The position numbers were made by a program, and so were the translations under genes. From assembly GCA_032718475.1 (NCBI GenBank), contig JAUCBJ010007562.1, positions 45,019-109,018 on the forward strand: a stretch of DNA of 64,000 bases. The letters are read 5' to 3'. Under the pieces are notes generated by a model. The model was not told the origin of the DNA. It worked only from the letters and a program-made list of their open reading frames with translations, and did not search any database. Of this stretch, positions 25,641 to 38,463 are shown piece by piece; positions within the stretch are counted from its first letter, which is position 1, and every line of letters begins with the position of its first letter. Origin of the DNA: Nemertoderma westbladi. Lineage: Eukaryota > Animalia > Xenacoelomorpha.

Positions 25641-27330
25641 GTTATAACCCATTCTATAGGTTTCAAATACATAGAAAGCAGGTGCATATGTGGGACACGA
25701 CGCATAAGACCATTGATTGTGACCAGTGGCGGGCACTGCTGAAAGAAGATCGATTAGACTATACAGGGAGATTTGGGTTATGCCATAGATGCGCGAGGGG
25801 AGGACATAAGAAGGATAGGTGTTGAGAGAAACTGCCAAAGTACACTGAGACTGATGAGACTGGAGGCCAAACCATGGCGATGAGCACCATGAGAGCAAAG
25901 AGGAAGAGGACGGTGTTACTCGAAGTAGTACCAGTGAGAATAACAGGAGAGGACGGGCTATCGGTCACAACATTAATGTTGATCGTTAGTGGAGCAGCGT
26001 TCACGCTAATGGAGGGTTGGGTGGCCGAAAAGATAGGGTTACGAACGAGGCCAAGCAAGATGGCGGTAACCACTATCTCGAGTAAAGACGAGGTCTTGAA
26101 ATTGAGAACGGGGCATTGCAAAATATCAGCGATAACGCCAGGGTGCGATTATGGGGTGACCATCGATCCCATTCAAATAATAGAATCGATTAATATAAAC
26201 GCCAGGCGGCCCACAAAGATTGAGGTCGTGCAATACTGGTTCCTGGATGATATCGATTTCTCCTTGCCTAAACTGGACGTCCCGAAAGTATCTCTCATAG
26301 TCGGTATGGACTGCCTGACGGCCCACGGGAGAAGAGCCATGTTCGGAGAGGATGGGGGGCGAGGCCCGATGGTGATTCTCATGCCATTTGGATGGACACT
26401 CAGCACCCAATCAAGTCTAGAATTCCGTTCAGCGTATCGGAATCCTCAGGGTGCATGTTTGCGGGCACAATGAGAGGAATGGAAGACAAAAGAACAGAGA
26501 AGAAACCAAAGATGGGCAATGGGGAGGTCCCATATGGGAAGCGGCCCAAGGGAGAACACCAGGAGTCGGGAATGGGTATGGATCTGGAACCACGCATAGT
26601 GGAGCGTGGTGAAAGGGTGGAGGACAGAGAAATACCACCGACAGATGAGTCAGGAGGAGAAACAACAGCAAGAGAGTGGGTGGAGGAGAATGGGTTCGAC
26701 GCAGAAGACCTAGAGGTGATGGGATGGAACATAGATGTTCCTGGTGAGTATCAGTATGGGGATGGAGAAGAGTGGACGGCAAGATATCCGGAGAGGTGTC
26801 CGGAACAGACGCCGGTCCAGTTGAGAAGCATACCGATGGGGAGGAGGTCGAGTAGGAGGACAGAGTGGAAAAGGAGAGGACGTAATACGATTATACCAAG
26901 GGCGGAGAAGCCCATGATGAAGCGCGACAAAGGAGGCAGGAAAGTTGGAGAGGGCGTGTTGTACACGCACATGGGGCTGGCAAAATGTGAGGGGGCATTG
27001 AATGGTAGGCCATTATGCATACCGAACTATGACCGAGGGTCATGGGGGGCTTAACGCCAGCGCACATATTGAGGGGGAGGCCAGCAAAGGTGGCATATAC
27101 CAGTGAGGATGACAAGAAGGACGGCATTCTACTGCCAAGTGATGACGAGATGAAGGGTGACATTTTGCCACTAGGGGACGACAATGAGGAGTTCTGTGCG
27201 GCAGAGGAGAGACCCGTTTTTAGGGTGGAGAGAAGGGAAGGTCAGATCCAAGAGAGTTTGAACTGACAAAGGAGAAGGGAAGGTCAGATCCAAGAGAGTT
27301 GGAACTGACAGGAAGGTCAGATCCAAGAGA

Positions 27331-28412
27331 GTTCATTCATTCATTCATTCATTAATTATTTTATTCAGTAAAACTCATTATGCAACAAAACATTATGCAG
27401 TTTGTACACGAGGTACCTACTGATAATTGACTGAATAAGTGTCACAGGGCGGCATGTATCTATGATGCATGTTTCTAACTAAATATACATATAAGCTAAT
27501 GTATCTAATAATTCCCAACTAAACGGTAGTATATACACTACACAGCACAATAAACGTAATCAATAGGTAGGTAATTGTTAAAGATAGTTTGTTATTAAAC
27601 ATTCATTTGTTGGGGGTGCAGGTTTTTTATATTTTGACTTTTGTGTTTATTTTGCGGTTCGTGTTCATTTTATTATATATTACTAATTATGTCACCTCGC
27701 TCCGCTCAAATTTTACATGGAATATTTTTTTCAATTGATTTTTAAAAATTAGGAGTGATTTTGAACTTGTCACGTGAACCGGTAATGTGTTCCATAAATT
27801 AATAAGATTTACCGTAACACTTTCGTGCCCGTATCTGTTTTTTGTGTGTGGAATGTTTATGTTGTTAGTGCGTGGATTTATTTTTATGTCTGCTCGATTT
27901 AAGAATGGTAGGTCGAGAGTTGAGAACGGTTGTGTTATGTTGTTAATGTATTTATATAGAAATTGTAGTCCGACATATTCGCGTAAGGCTGACAGCAAAG
28001 GGATTTGTGCTTTCTTACGTAGTTCAGTGCCTGTGGTGTCTCTAATGCGTTTGCCATATATTGTTCGGAGTGCATAATTTTGTAATTTTTCAATTTTATA
28101 TAGTTTTTCCTTGTGCCCGTGCTTGCCATGTAGTGGTATAAGTAATTGTGAACAGTAGTTGTGGTATGGTAATGTGAGTGATTTATAGATTTGCAGTTTT
28201 GTTGTGTTTGTTAGCTGTCCTTTTATACTACGTAGGGTTGATATACTTAGTGCCATATTTTGAGTCATTTTATCTATATATTCTTTCCATTGCAATTGGT
28301 TATCTATTTGTACACCTAAATATTTAACTGATAGTGATTGGTCTATTGGATCTGCCTGCCCCACGTGAAGATGAATTTGTGTATGAGTATTCGTGATATT
28401 TGTTTGTTGTTA
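27331..28412 (-). mobile_element. 5'-truncated LINE related to the 9371-20036 family
   Basis: ORF 27687-28364 (KYLGVQIDNQLQW...KIEKLQNYALRTIY...TGTELRKKA) parallels ORF 9680-10612; (TTCA)n tail at 27332-27352; inserted in a short tandem repeat that resumes at ~28412. Confidence 0.88.
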
Positions 28413-28783
28413 GTTGGAACTGACAAGGAGAGTGGGACGAAGAGTAAGAGGACCTACAGGGGGGCAGTGGGAGAGTTGCCTGCTGCAAGAATCGCCCCTA
28501 GGTTGTTGAGTCGTCCAATAAGTTGGACCGAGGGGGGTGGGAATGAGGGCGATACACCCTTCCCACAAATAAATAATATAAAATAATATATAAAAAAAAT
28601 AATATGAGTAGGTACAATTATGTATGTCTGATGGGTGCATAATGTACAAATACATACGTAGTAACGTATGGTATGACGTACCAACATACAGTAATTTACG
28701 CACACTGGGTCAATGGGACCATACATACGCACTAACCAATTACGTACGTCTGATGGGTGGTGTGGTGTGTTCAAAGGGAAAAC

Positions 28784-30940
28784 TGTAATAGCCGGGTAAT
28801 CGCTTCAGGCCAGTTTTACCGACAAACCAATCACCAGTACTAAAATGAAATTAGCAGTTTAACATATAAGATAATATATAGGCAGCATAATGCCTACGGT
28901 AGTTGTACCTTGTACCAACGGTTATACATACCGACAGTCAGTGTACCGGTACCTGCCGGTAACACAATAACTACTGTTATAGTTTACACATATGGGGCAA
29001 GCCACATTATATATACCCCATGCCCCTTTTTTTCAGTGGAGCTCAATCAAGACCATACCACTTTGTTGCCGTTCGATGTCTGGTCGATTGCCTTGGTCCA
29101 GAACCCCTGGGAATAGGTTTCGGGGGTGTTGACGTTGAAGTAGGAATTGACTGAATAGCTGAATGTGGGTCTCTCTCTGTGCCTTCTGGGGCGGGAAACA
29201 TGCTGGTCTAAGAAAGTGTCGATTGCGTCGCTTAGTCGACTCATCAACGAGGTTAAAAATAAGGTAGTCAGCGTTGTTGAGGATATCAACTATGACACCA
29301 GTACTGGTCCACTTCTTAGTGATTGGGTTTTGTACCCAGACCAATTCACCTTGTTTAAGGGATCAAAGTCTTCGCGCTCGTGTGTTTCTCATCTCCCCTT
29401 TCTTGGAGTTCAGAACTGCCCTCTGATTAGTGGCAGATCTGAGCTGTTCATCAGTTACCCTTGTGACGGTTGATGGGTGTTGAGGTGTCAACGTACGTTG
29501 CGGGCGACCAAAGACACGCTGGGAAGGACTCAATCCCCCCTCTCCTGGTGTATTCATCAGTTCTAGGAACCCACGAGCAAATTCGTTGCTACTAAGATCA
29601 GTTGACTTTCTTTTGATGAGCAGATGTTCGAGCGCTTTCACAGCATTATCCGCATGGCCGTTTGACCTGGGAAAATATGCCCTGCTACATCTCCAGGTAA
29701 CTCCCCACTCCTTCAAGAATGTTTGTATCACCTCTGCTCTAAATTGTGGACCCCCATCTGTGGAGATCAGCCGTGCGTGGCACACCATAATCTTTGAAGA
29801 AGGTGGTCAAGGAACGAACAACTTGAGTTGCAGAAGGAGAAGAACGCCATCGCCAAGCACAAAGATATCCGCTGTATCTGTCCCCGTATGCGATGTACGT
29901 GAACCCACCATAGTCCAACAAATCAGCTGAAACAGATTCAAATGGCGCTGAAGGAATTGGAGTAAGATTGACAGGTTCCTCTGGGTTACTGGGACGCAGT
30001 TCCTGACAAGCTATGCAGGAGTTGACAGTGCTTTTAATATCCCCATTAATCCCATTAATCCCTACTATACGTGCTGCACGTTCTTTAGTCCGTATTATGC
30101 CTTGGTGAGAGGCATGTAAACGAGTCAAAATATCCCGTCTGGCTGCCTGAGGAACAACTATCCAACCATCCATTAGGACCAGACCATTGTCAACAGAGAG
30201 ATAATCCCTCAGTTTGCCTCATGCTATACCAAACTCTGGGTATCTATCGGAGACGACTGCATTTACAAACTCGACATAGGATTTATCGGCCATGGCTGCT
30301 GCACGGAGCTCATCCAGAATCGGGTCTGCGAGGGTCTCATCTGCCATCATAGTGATAGCAGCGATGCGTGAGAAAGTGCCTGGTTTGCCGGTGCTACCAT
30401 CCTCGACTTCCTCATCTGTAGGTAAATCAATTGGGGCTCGGGAGAGAGCGTCTGGAGCTGCATGCTCGCTGCCTTTCTTCCAAACTACCTCGAATGAATA
30501 TTCTGCCAGTTTAGATCGGTAAGAAGCAACCTTTTGGTTCTCAATCTGATCAAGGCTATATTCGTTGAAAAGTGGTCGGAGTGGGGCGTGGTCTGTAACG
30601 ACCTTGAAGCCAGGATGTCCAGCTAAATATACCCTACATTTCTTCACTGACCAGAGTATCGCTAATGCCTCCAACTCCAATGTAGCATATCAAGTTTCTG
30701 GGTCAGCCAGAAATCGACTACCACACTGGATGAGGTGCCAGGAGGAGTTCGGTTGGGAGCGCTGGAGCAAGGTCAACCCGCGTCCATGAATCCGAGATGC
30801 ATCTGTGTGCAGTGCAGTCTCAAATGCATTGGGATCCCATGGTGCGAGCACAGCTGGGGAGAGTAGAGTCTTCTTGACAGCCTCGACTGCTCTGGTATGC
30901 AATTCAGTCCAGATAAACTCACGCTTAGTGCTGAGCAGTC
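28784..30940 (-). mobile_element. Ty3/Gypsy remnant: RT end, RNase H, integrase, probable short 3' LTR (28784-29020)
   Basis: LHTDAS, ELEALAI, VVTDHAPL, DALSR (RNase H); LHASHQG...CIAC, ISTDGGPQF, PRSNGHAD, SPSQRVFGR, RRNRHFL (integrase); AAAAAAAGGGGCA tract followed by TG...TACA. Confidence 0.88.
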
Positions 30941-30944
30941 AGGT

Positions 30945-33483
30945 CAGGTCCCCAGATCCTGCTACCACTATGGCAGTAATGTGGTACTACCTGTAGCTGT
31001 CAGCCCAGTAGGGAAGGTCCGATAAGCATAGCCTATTCATTATTTAGTTGATCAAGAGTGGGTTGGTTCAGCCCCGTCAACTAAATAAGTCATTGAGGGC
31101 TATAGCGCCTAGGGCACCATTGAAGGCAAAGGCTTGATACGCATCTGCATTAGAGATGATACAAGCCCCGCCCTGTCTATACTGGATGCTCCTCTACCAG
31201 TGTTAGGTAACCTAACCCAGGAGGCACACTTGGTTCAGGGTGTAACAAATGGACCCCTACAGTCGGCAGCAGGGCTGTAGGCCATGGATAGGCGGAAGGT
31301 AATCAACCAACGGCTAGACATGCTGACAAGGTCGGCGGAAGGTAATCAACCAACGGCGACCTACTGCGAAGACGCTTGTAGGAGTTGCGACCACAAGCGG
31401 TTTACCCCCGAAACTGAAAGATATGAGTATGAGAACCCTCCAGGAGAAATACCGGCTCGGTCGTCGCCCGGGTCAACAAGGACCGCGTCCCTCAGTGGTA
31501 CACCAGGCTGGGGTCGATAAATTGGCTACTGGGACAGAAGACAGAGAAGAAAGAAGAACCAACCTGTTGAAATGTAAAAAGACACTAAAGATTGCGACAA
31601 TGAACGCACGCACGCTGAAAGCACAGAGCAAACAGGGTGACATGGTCGCTCTGGCAATGGAATATAACATCGACATCATCTGCATCCAAGAACATCGGAT
31701 TTGTCATGAAGACACTGCCATGAAGTACAATGACATTGGAAATGGATGGACGTTAGTAACAAGCTCAACAGTAAGAAACTCGGCCAATGCATCAATTGGT
31801 GGAGTAGGAATTCTGCTAAGCCCATTTGCACTTAAGACCCTAAACAACATCGAATCTATAAATTCCAGGGTTATGATCGCAACATTTGATGGGAATCCCA
31901 AGACAACAGTTATATGTTGCTACAGTCCAACCAATGCATCAGAGCCAGAACAAGCAGTCAAGTTTTATGAAGAACTGACTGGACTTATTAAGGACATCCC
32001 GAAACACAATGATAAAGTCATTGCTGGTGACCTGAATGCGCAAATTGGCCCAGAAGACATCAAGGGTTACACCTATAACACCAGTTCTAACAGAAATGGG
32101 TACTTACTCTTAGACCTAATGGAAGAATGTGAATTGATACCAACAAACAACACATTCGAAAAGAGTAAGGGGAAGCTATGGACCTTTCAATACCCTAATG
32201 GAACCAAAGCACAACTGGATTACATCCTTATAAACAAAAAGTGGAGAAATAGCATGATCAACTGCGAGGCATACAGCTCGTTCAACCTAATTGGTTCGGA
32301 CCACAGAATTGTGACTGCAGAGATCAGACTCAGTTTGAGAGCCAGCAAACCCAGGACAAGCAAGCAAATCAACTATGACTGGGAGAAACTCAGAACTGAC
32401 AATGCTGTAAAGGATGCTTATACAGTAGAAGTTCAAAACCGCTTTGAAGCACTTCAGTCAATGGATGAAGACCAATCCACCGATTCAATATACCAGAATA
32501 TAATAACAGCCCACAAGGAATCAGCTAAGAGGCATATCCCCCAGAAACCTAAACGAAAACAGTATGTGCCATGGCAAAACTCTGAGGTTACTTGTAAGAG
32601 AGAAGATCTTAAGATAGCCTACAAAGTTAAAACCGAACAACCAACAACCGAAAACATTAACAAGGTTGAGAAAGCTAAGGACGATCTTAAATTGGCCTAC
32701 AACATCAGCCAGGAAAAGTACATACAGGATAAAACTGAAGCAATTACAACTGCTCACATACAGCAACAATCAAGACTTACCTGGCAAACTGTAAATGAGG
32801 TATCTGGTCGGAAAAGTTGTGCAAAGGGGCGCCTCAAAGCCGATAGTCCTGAAGAACGTGTTGGGAAGTGGAAAAATCACTTCAGCAACTTGCTTGGGCA
32901 GCCACCAAACATCGAGGTCAGCCCTACAAGGAAAATATATGACAAGACACTACCTATAGAAACAGGGGACTTCACACCTGCCGAACTCCAAAGAAGTATT
33001 AAAAGCATGTCCAATAATAAAGCGAGTGGATTAGATGAAATCCCAGCGGAGGTATGGAAAACCGGAGTGCTAAATAGACCATTATTGAATGTATGCAACC
33101 GGATGTTAAAAGGGGAAAAGCCACCACCAATTTGGACTAAAGGTCAACTAAAGCCTCTCCCCAAGAAAGGAGACCTCGGCATACCAACAAACTATCGTGG
33201 GATCTGTCTGCTTGTGGTAGCTGCCAAAATATACAATAAAATGATTCTATATAGGATTAGGCCTCACATAGAGAAACTACTGCGTAAGAGCCAAAACGGA
33301 TTTCGACCAAGTAGATCAACAAGAAATACTTGCACTACGGAGACTGATTGAAGGAATTAAGTCAAAGAATCTCCCCGCAGTCATGACTTTTGTGGACTTC
33401 AAGAAGGCATTCGACTCTATCCATAGAGGTAAAATGCTTGAAATCCTAAGAGCTTATGGAATACCAGAAGTAATTGTTGCTGG
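30945..33483 (+). mobile_element. RTE-type LINE, 5' part, interrupted by a family-A LTR element at 33484
   Basis: ~480-bp leader, then a single EN-RT ORF; RT stops abruptly at TGATAAACA. Confidence 0.88.
31423..33483 (+). pseudogene. RTE endonuclease + reverse transcriptase (frameshift ~33320, truncated)
   Basis: IATMNARTL, ICIQEHR, GVGILL, YSPT, GDLNA, LDYIL, SDHR; KASGLD, NYRGICL, QNGFR; continues in another frame as FVDFKKAFDSIHR. Confidence 0.92.
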
Positions 33484-33634
33484 TGATAAACAACCGCGAC
33501 CTCTATACTAACAGCAGAACTGTTGAACAGACCAATACCCGTTAATATCCTTCTGCCAACCTAATAAGTTCTCGTCTAACCAATAAGACACAAAGACTGC
33601 TCTACTGTTAAGTAAAGGGGATCAGGAGCGTGCT
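33484..33634 (-). mobile_element. Family-A 3' LTR, terminal piece
   Basis: Reverse complement of ~18440-18589; continues at 52968 after the family-B insertion. Confidence 0.92.
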
Positions 33635-35570
33635 TAAATTGGAGAGATACGCCTATTCCTACTAATTGGAAGAGACGGTAACAATACCTGCAATATCCTA
33701 CTGTAAAGTTTGTAAATCAAATCATAAATCCGACCTTCTCACCAAAACAGTAAACCCCAAGTAAGCGAATATATTGCAGTATCGATCTCTTATAACCGGT
33801 GAGGCAGAAAACAGTCTACGAGCAGACAAACTTCGATAAAACAAAATCCCGCGCAGCGAATCCTAAATCAGGCTGACTCACTGACGGACTAAGGGGCTCG
33901 TATACTTTGCCGCGGTGTGATTTATATGGTTGGGCAAAGGGACGCTAGCTAGGTACAGAGGCAGATATTTGGAGATGTCTAACTAGCGAGCAAAGTGCAG
34001 TAAGGACGAAAGTTAATTTTATATATTTTGAGGTGTAAATAATTTTTAACGCGCGTGTGTTAATTCTGAACGGTCAAAGCAGTTTTGCTCCTTCACATAT
34101 ATAATTACTGGGTACGGTGTGCATTTTACGAATATTCTAATTTTGTAACTTGTAGGTCCAATACTCACGAATGATAAGGTTCCTTCCCCTCTTGCGTATT
34201 TCCAGGACTCAAATTCAGGCATAAGGTTAATACTACGCCCAGAATTCGGCAATTTTAGGTACCAGGTCCCTGATACTAAGAAGAGATGTGTTAGTTTACT
34301 ACTGTAGGCGTACGGGTACTAATAGCTATCCTGGCTCCTATCTAGAATTTTAGTCACCCAGGTAGTCCGGGTAACTTCCTATTAGGGCGTTGGCGGGGAC
34401 ACGGTAGATGTTAGTATATCCCTGATAGCCTTAATTTATTTGCGCCTAGTACGTAAACTGCCCTACCGCCTGAACGGTACAATCCCAATTCAGGTGAAAA
34501 CACAGCAACCCCCCTAGCCTACAAGTTCTGATGTAATGGACACTGTCGTACTGCAAATAGTCGCACACACACCTGTACTTAGCAAGAGTTAAGCGTACAG
34601 TTTGCTGCACCCTAACCAATGTGTATGCCTTGTACCGGTGTGCCTACGTCCTATCTGCGTACTAGTATCTGCTCTCTCTCCCTCCCCGTAGGAATATGAA
34701 GGTCTACTGCGGTTTTTCCTGAATCAAGACAGTACAGCCCCTATGATGTAATTTTGGGCTTACAGCGTGTCACTACGTCTACCTTTTGATCTTTTGGTCT
34801 TATACTTAGGTAGCAAGGATCGAACGCTGTCTAACCTTTCAGGCGATGGGCGAATAACACTAGATGGTATTGCGGGTCGTCTCTCGTCTACATTCCCGTG
34901 ATGTTCCCGTTCATTGCTGCGGCCCGATCTCTAGCCGGCCATCCTGTCCCTGAGTTTGTTCACCGTAGTGAATTCATAGTAAAACAGAAAAGCTGAGAGA
35001 ATATTCTGACTTTATTACAGAAGACACAATTATAATACAATGTAATCTGAGAATAAACTAAGCACGACAGAATAATAATGTGAATATAATCTGTGAAGTA
35101 GAGATATAAGATTGATTGATTGTGATTGAGATAACTAATGAACGAATCGCACCTTTATATACTAAATTTGTGCCGCAATCAATCGAGAAAATTCTCGATT
35201 GTTCTATGAGTTCTAACGGGGTTTTAAAGATAGCTATTGGTCCAGCTAATATATAACTTGCACGACATTGGTTACAATCAAATAACTACAGCCTTATTGG
35301 TACAGATAAATGCAATTAATTTGTAGCGGTTAATTTAAATGAGTAGAAATTCTGCACAAAAAATAATTCGCACTTACTAGGATTCGAACTCGATACCTAC
35401 TACACATATAATTTCCAACGCTCTACCAACTGAGCTACTGAACCACTTGACCGATAGATGTACAATAGATAGAACCAATACTAATGAGAACTCAAAGCAA
35501 TCTTTACAAAGTTAATTCGAATAAAATAAAATTTTGAAAATCCACGGCATTTAGGGAATATAATTCTATA
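33635..35570 (-). repeat. 3' LTR of B copy 1 (1936 bp)
   Basis: Direct repeat of 48665-49507 + 51875-52967; the identical 68-aa ORF at 34046 and 49076 confirms offset 15030. Confidence 0.96.
35367..35444 (-). ncRNA. tRNA-like Pol III unit (A box, B box, T-run) in the LTR
   Basis: GGTTCAGTAGCTCAGTTGGTAGAGCG...GAGTTCGAATCC...ATTATTTTTT. D-arm intact; acceptor and anticodon stems pair poorly. Confidence 0.6.
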
Positions 35571-36393
35571 CCGCTCCATGAAAACAGGATATTATCGTGC
35601 ATAAAATATACGGTTTTCACCAATAATCAATCAAACTATAGAATACTTAGGGCGTACTTACATATTTACAATTAAATTTCAAACAATACTTCCTTTTTAC
35701 GTAATGATTCGATACAAAATAATTACAAATTCAAACTTTACGTATTTAAGGCTTTACTAAGTAAGTACAATATAAATCTAAATTAAATTCACCAATATAA
35801 ATCTATTGCATCTCAATATTGCATAAATTCAAACAATTACAAATACAAATAAATGAAAACAATAAGAAAGGCTCGCAAGTCTTCCATCTACTATTGCATC
35901 CCAAATATTGCATAAATTCAAGTAATTACAAATACTTTCGTACCTAAATGTAGATTGCATAAGTTTGGAATAATTACAAATATGAGTCTTTCTGAGCACA
36001 AAATTTTCTGTCTATAAACTTTCTCTTTAGGTACAAATACTGCTTATAAAATATAAATTGCATAATATTCGGAACAATATAAATTGCATAAGTTCGGAAT
36101 AATCACAAATATAAAATATAAATATAAATTCTTACAAATATAAATCTTTCAAATATAAGTTCCTTCTAAATATAAACACTTAAATTTTCTAAATATAAAA
36201 CATATAATTCAAAATAAATCACTAATCATAAGAAAGGCCCACGAGTCTTCCGTCCACCCTTGCCCTCCCTTTTATCGCTTAGTAGATCGAGCCCTGCCGC
36301 GTCCTCGAAAACTGCGCACAGGTGACTTTGCTCGCGATATGGGACTTGTGGGGCGAGTCACTGGTTTACTTGGGACGTTGAGGGACGGTGCGA

Positions 36394-38463
36394 CTATTTC
36401 CTCGCAAATTCGTCTGTTTGGCATCCCAAAACCTCGACGACATTCACTGACGACTCTATTGCTAAATAATATTGTAAGACCGCTCTTGGAGGTGACGTAA
36501 TAGCCCAATACACGCATCCTCTCCATTTAAGCTGTGATTCAAACTCACTCATATCTGGAGTATCACCTTCTCCATAAGTTTCAATATACTTGTTTCTTTT
36601 ACCTTCTTTATAATCCCAATTGAATAACAGGTAGGAAATGTATCCAGTTCCAGTCTTCTGAGTATTATACTCACGAAAATATCCCTGTTCTATAGACCAC
36701 AGAATAAGAGGTCGAGTGTCGACGTATGGTGTCGGTAGTCGGTCATCGCTGTCCGTCATGCCGGCGAAGTCGCTAATTAAATCCTCCCTTACTCCTGATC
36801 CAACCTTTACAACAGTTTTATCTAAAATCATGTTTCTTACCATCTTCGGTAGCATTCTAGCGTCAATATTACAAGCTTGGTCCATCTTCTTTACTATATC
36901 GGTGATAAGATGGTGTCGCTTTGTATTCGCTGGAGGTATCGGCATTCGTTTGTCGCTCCTCTGTCTACTGAAAACGTGCAGGACTCCGTCCGCCGCTCTA
37001 ATCTGTATAGTCTTAGAAGTCAAACTCTGCTGATGACTGCCGCCCTCGTTATCGCAAAACATATAACCGTTTTCCTGAAACGATCTAAACGTCCTAGTCC
37101 ATTCATCCAACAATTCTTCCGAAGGTTGCCAAATCTTCTCTATATCCTTATCCTCATCGAAACGAATAACCTTACCTCGCCAATCTGCGGCAATATCTGT
37201 ATCCGACTCGAAGGTTCCGGTTCCAATCCATAAACGAATCGTCTTGGTTAGATATCCTTTCAGATTACTCGGAGCTATATCGGCACCAGCTCTATCCAGT
37301 TCCTTAAAATCTTGGATATGAGGTGGAACGTTGTTCACGACCTTTTGAGTAATATGTCTACGTAAATCATATATCTTACTCATATCGCTGAAAACAACTG
37401 CAGGAAGAAACTCCAAGTTCGAAATGATTTCTGGATGATCCACGATGGGTATTTCGTACGTCGTATCCTGTCGGACTGGTATACTAATAGGAAAGTTGAG
37501 TGTCGTACTCAATGGTTTCGTAGCTGAAGTACTATATGGTTGCATTTCTCTTGGCCTCTCCGGGGATGCAATCTGTAATCTCTGAATAACGTTATGAGCA
37601 AAGTTTATGCTCTCGAAAACTTCCGGTGTCATCTCCTTAGCTGAAGTTTGATCGTGTGACGTCCAATGGCAAGGTAGGCTCGCGAGTCTTCCACCCCATT
37701 CTTCCATCTCACCTTTCTCGAAAGCCTTGTAGGCTCTGTATAGGCTAAGAGCTTCTTTCTTTTCGCGGGTTGACTGATTCGCCTCGTCCAGCGTAAGTTC
37801 AAATACATCGGGTTCAACAACCTTAGGTGGGTAAATGACAGTTTCTCCCGCCTTTGGTCCGGTCATAGCAAATGAATGATATGGATTCGATAAAGGATAC
37901 CCTCCTTCCTGGTAGCGTAGTTGTTGATGATTCGAACACCTCGCCAATATCGGTTCGGGATTTTCCTTATTCAAACGCATCGGAATCGCATTTCGTTGTT
38001 CGCGCATACAAGAACCGCATTGATAATAAAGTTTATAAACTGAAAATGCTTCCTTGGTTTCTCTATCGTCCCCTCGAGTTCGTCTGTAAAGATGCATTCC
38101 ATCGAATTCATCGCGTACCGCGGGCATAGGTTCGTGCGCCTTTAGGTATTGCATGGTATGATACAAACGACTAATTTCAGTATCGGGGTCTTCGCTAATG
38201 TCTCCCGTATCACACAAAGCATCGTACGGGTAAAGTTCGTTGAAGGTTTGGCGCAAACTTTCGATTCTTTCGTTCAATGCGTTTTGCCTTCTCTTTAATA
38301 CGTTCGAGTCATATTTAGTTCTCGCGAGTTTCGCTGTACTTTCCGATAATTCTTTTATACCAAATATAGTGTAATCCTTGGCTCCAAATCTTTCGAATGG
38401 CGCTGCTGCCTCCTCTTGGATATCATATCCCCATCTCGGCTCTCCTTGTATCCCTTTCTCCAT
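36394..38463 (-). CDS. Extra (env-position) ORF: CxxC...CxxH motif + putative DEDDy 3'-5' exonuclease (RNase D/WRN/MUT-7-like)
   Basis: 689 aa, same strand as pol, between pol and the 3' LTR. YMFCDNEG (ExoI DxE), IQI, LPKMVRNMILDKTVVKVGSGVREDL (ExoII), YVDTRPL, W...LQYYLAIE (possible ExoIII). Confidence 0.75.
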   Translation of the reverse strand: MEKGIQGEPRWGYDIQEEAAAPFERFGAKDYTIFGIKELSESTAKLARTKYDSNVLKRRQNALNERIESLRQTFNELYPYDALCDTGDISEDPDTEISRLYHTMQYLKAHEPMPAVRDEFDGMHLYRRTRGDDRETKEAFSVYKLYYQCGSCMREQRNAIPMRLNKENPEPILARCSNHQQLRYQEGGYPLSNPYHSFAMTGPKAGETVIYPPKVVEPDVFELTLDEANQSTREKKEALSLYRAYKAFEKGEMEEWGGRLASLPCHWTSHDQTSAKEMTPEVFESINFAHNVIQRLQIASPERPREMQPYSTSATKPLSTTLNFPISIPVRQDTTYEIPIVDHPEIISNLEFLPAVVFSDMSKIYDLRRHITQKVVNNVPPHIQDFKELDRAGADIAPSNLKGYLTKTIRLWIGTGTFESDTDIAADWRGKVIRFDEDKDIEKIWQPSEELLDEWTRTFRSFQENGYMFCDNEGGSHQQSLTSKTIQIRAADGVLHVFSRQRSDKRMPIPPANTKRHHLITDIVKKMDQACNIDARMLPKMVRNMILDKTVVKVGSGVREDLISDFAGMTDSDDRLPTPYVDTRPLILWSIEQGYFREYNTQKTGTGYISYLLFNWDYKEGKRNKYIETYGEGDTPDMSEFESQLKWRGCVYWAITSPPRAVLQYYLAIESSVNVVEVLGCQTDEFARK

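Larger units (their letters stand above)
20098..28560 (+). mobile_element. Degenerate, internally deleted BEL/Pao element hosting several insertions (boundaries approximate)
   Basis: Gag-like IELPPVEPFKLDG...LKYLQVYTGGPA and LPMSLRNKW (23891-24858); CHRC..GH knuckle ~25780; protease-like VVPVRI...LIVSGAAFTL and MPFGW (25874-26473); integrase-end LTPAHIL (27050); purine tract then TGAGGG at ~28543. No RT seen. Confidence 0.7.

Noticed and set aside
30945-31422. HDV-like or hammerhead ribozyme in the RTE 5' leader
   Set aside because: Plausible for RTE elements, but I could not assemble the required pairings by eye; needs an Infernal/RNArobo search.
34046-34252. 68-aa ORF repeated at 49076-49282
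   Set aside because: Lies within the LTR, has no recognisable motif, and its frame is broken by a 1-nt deletion in the copy-2 LTR (~57657).
36394-38463. Envelope glycoprotein
   Set aside because: No signal peptide, no C-terminal TM helix, few cysteines; motifs fit an exonuclease better.
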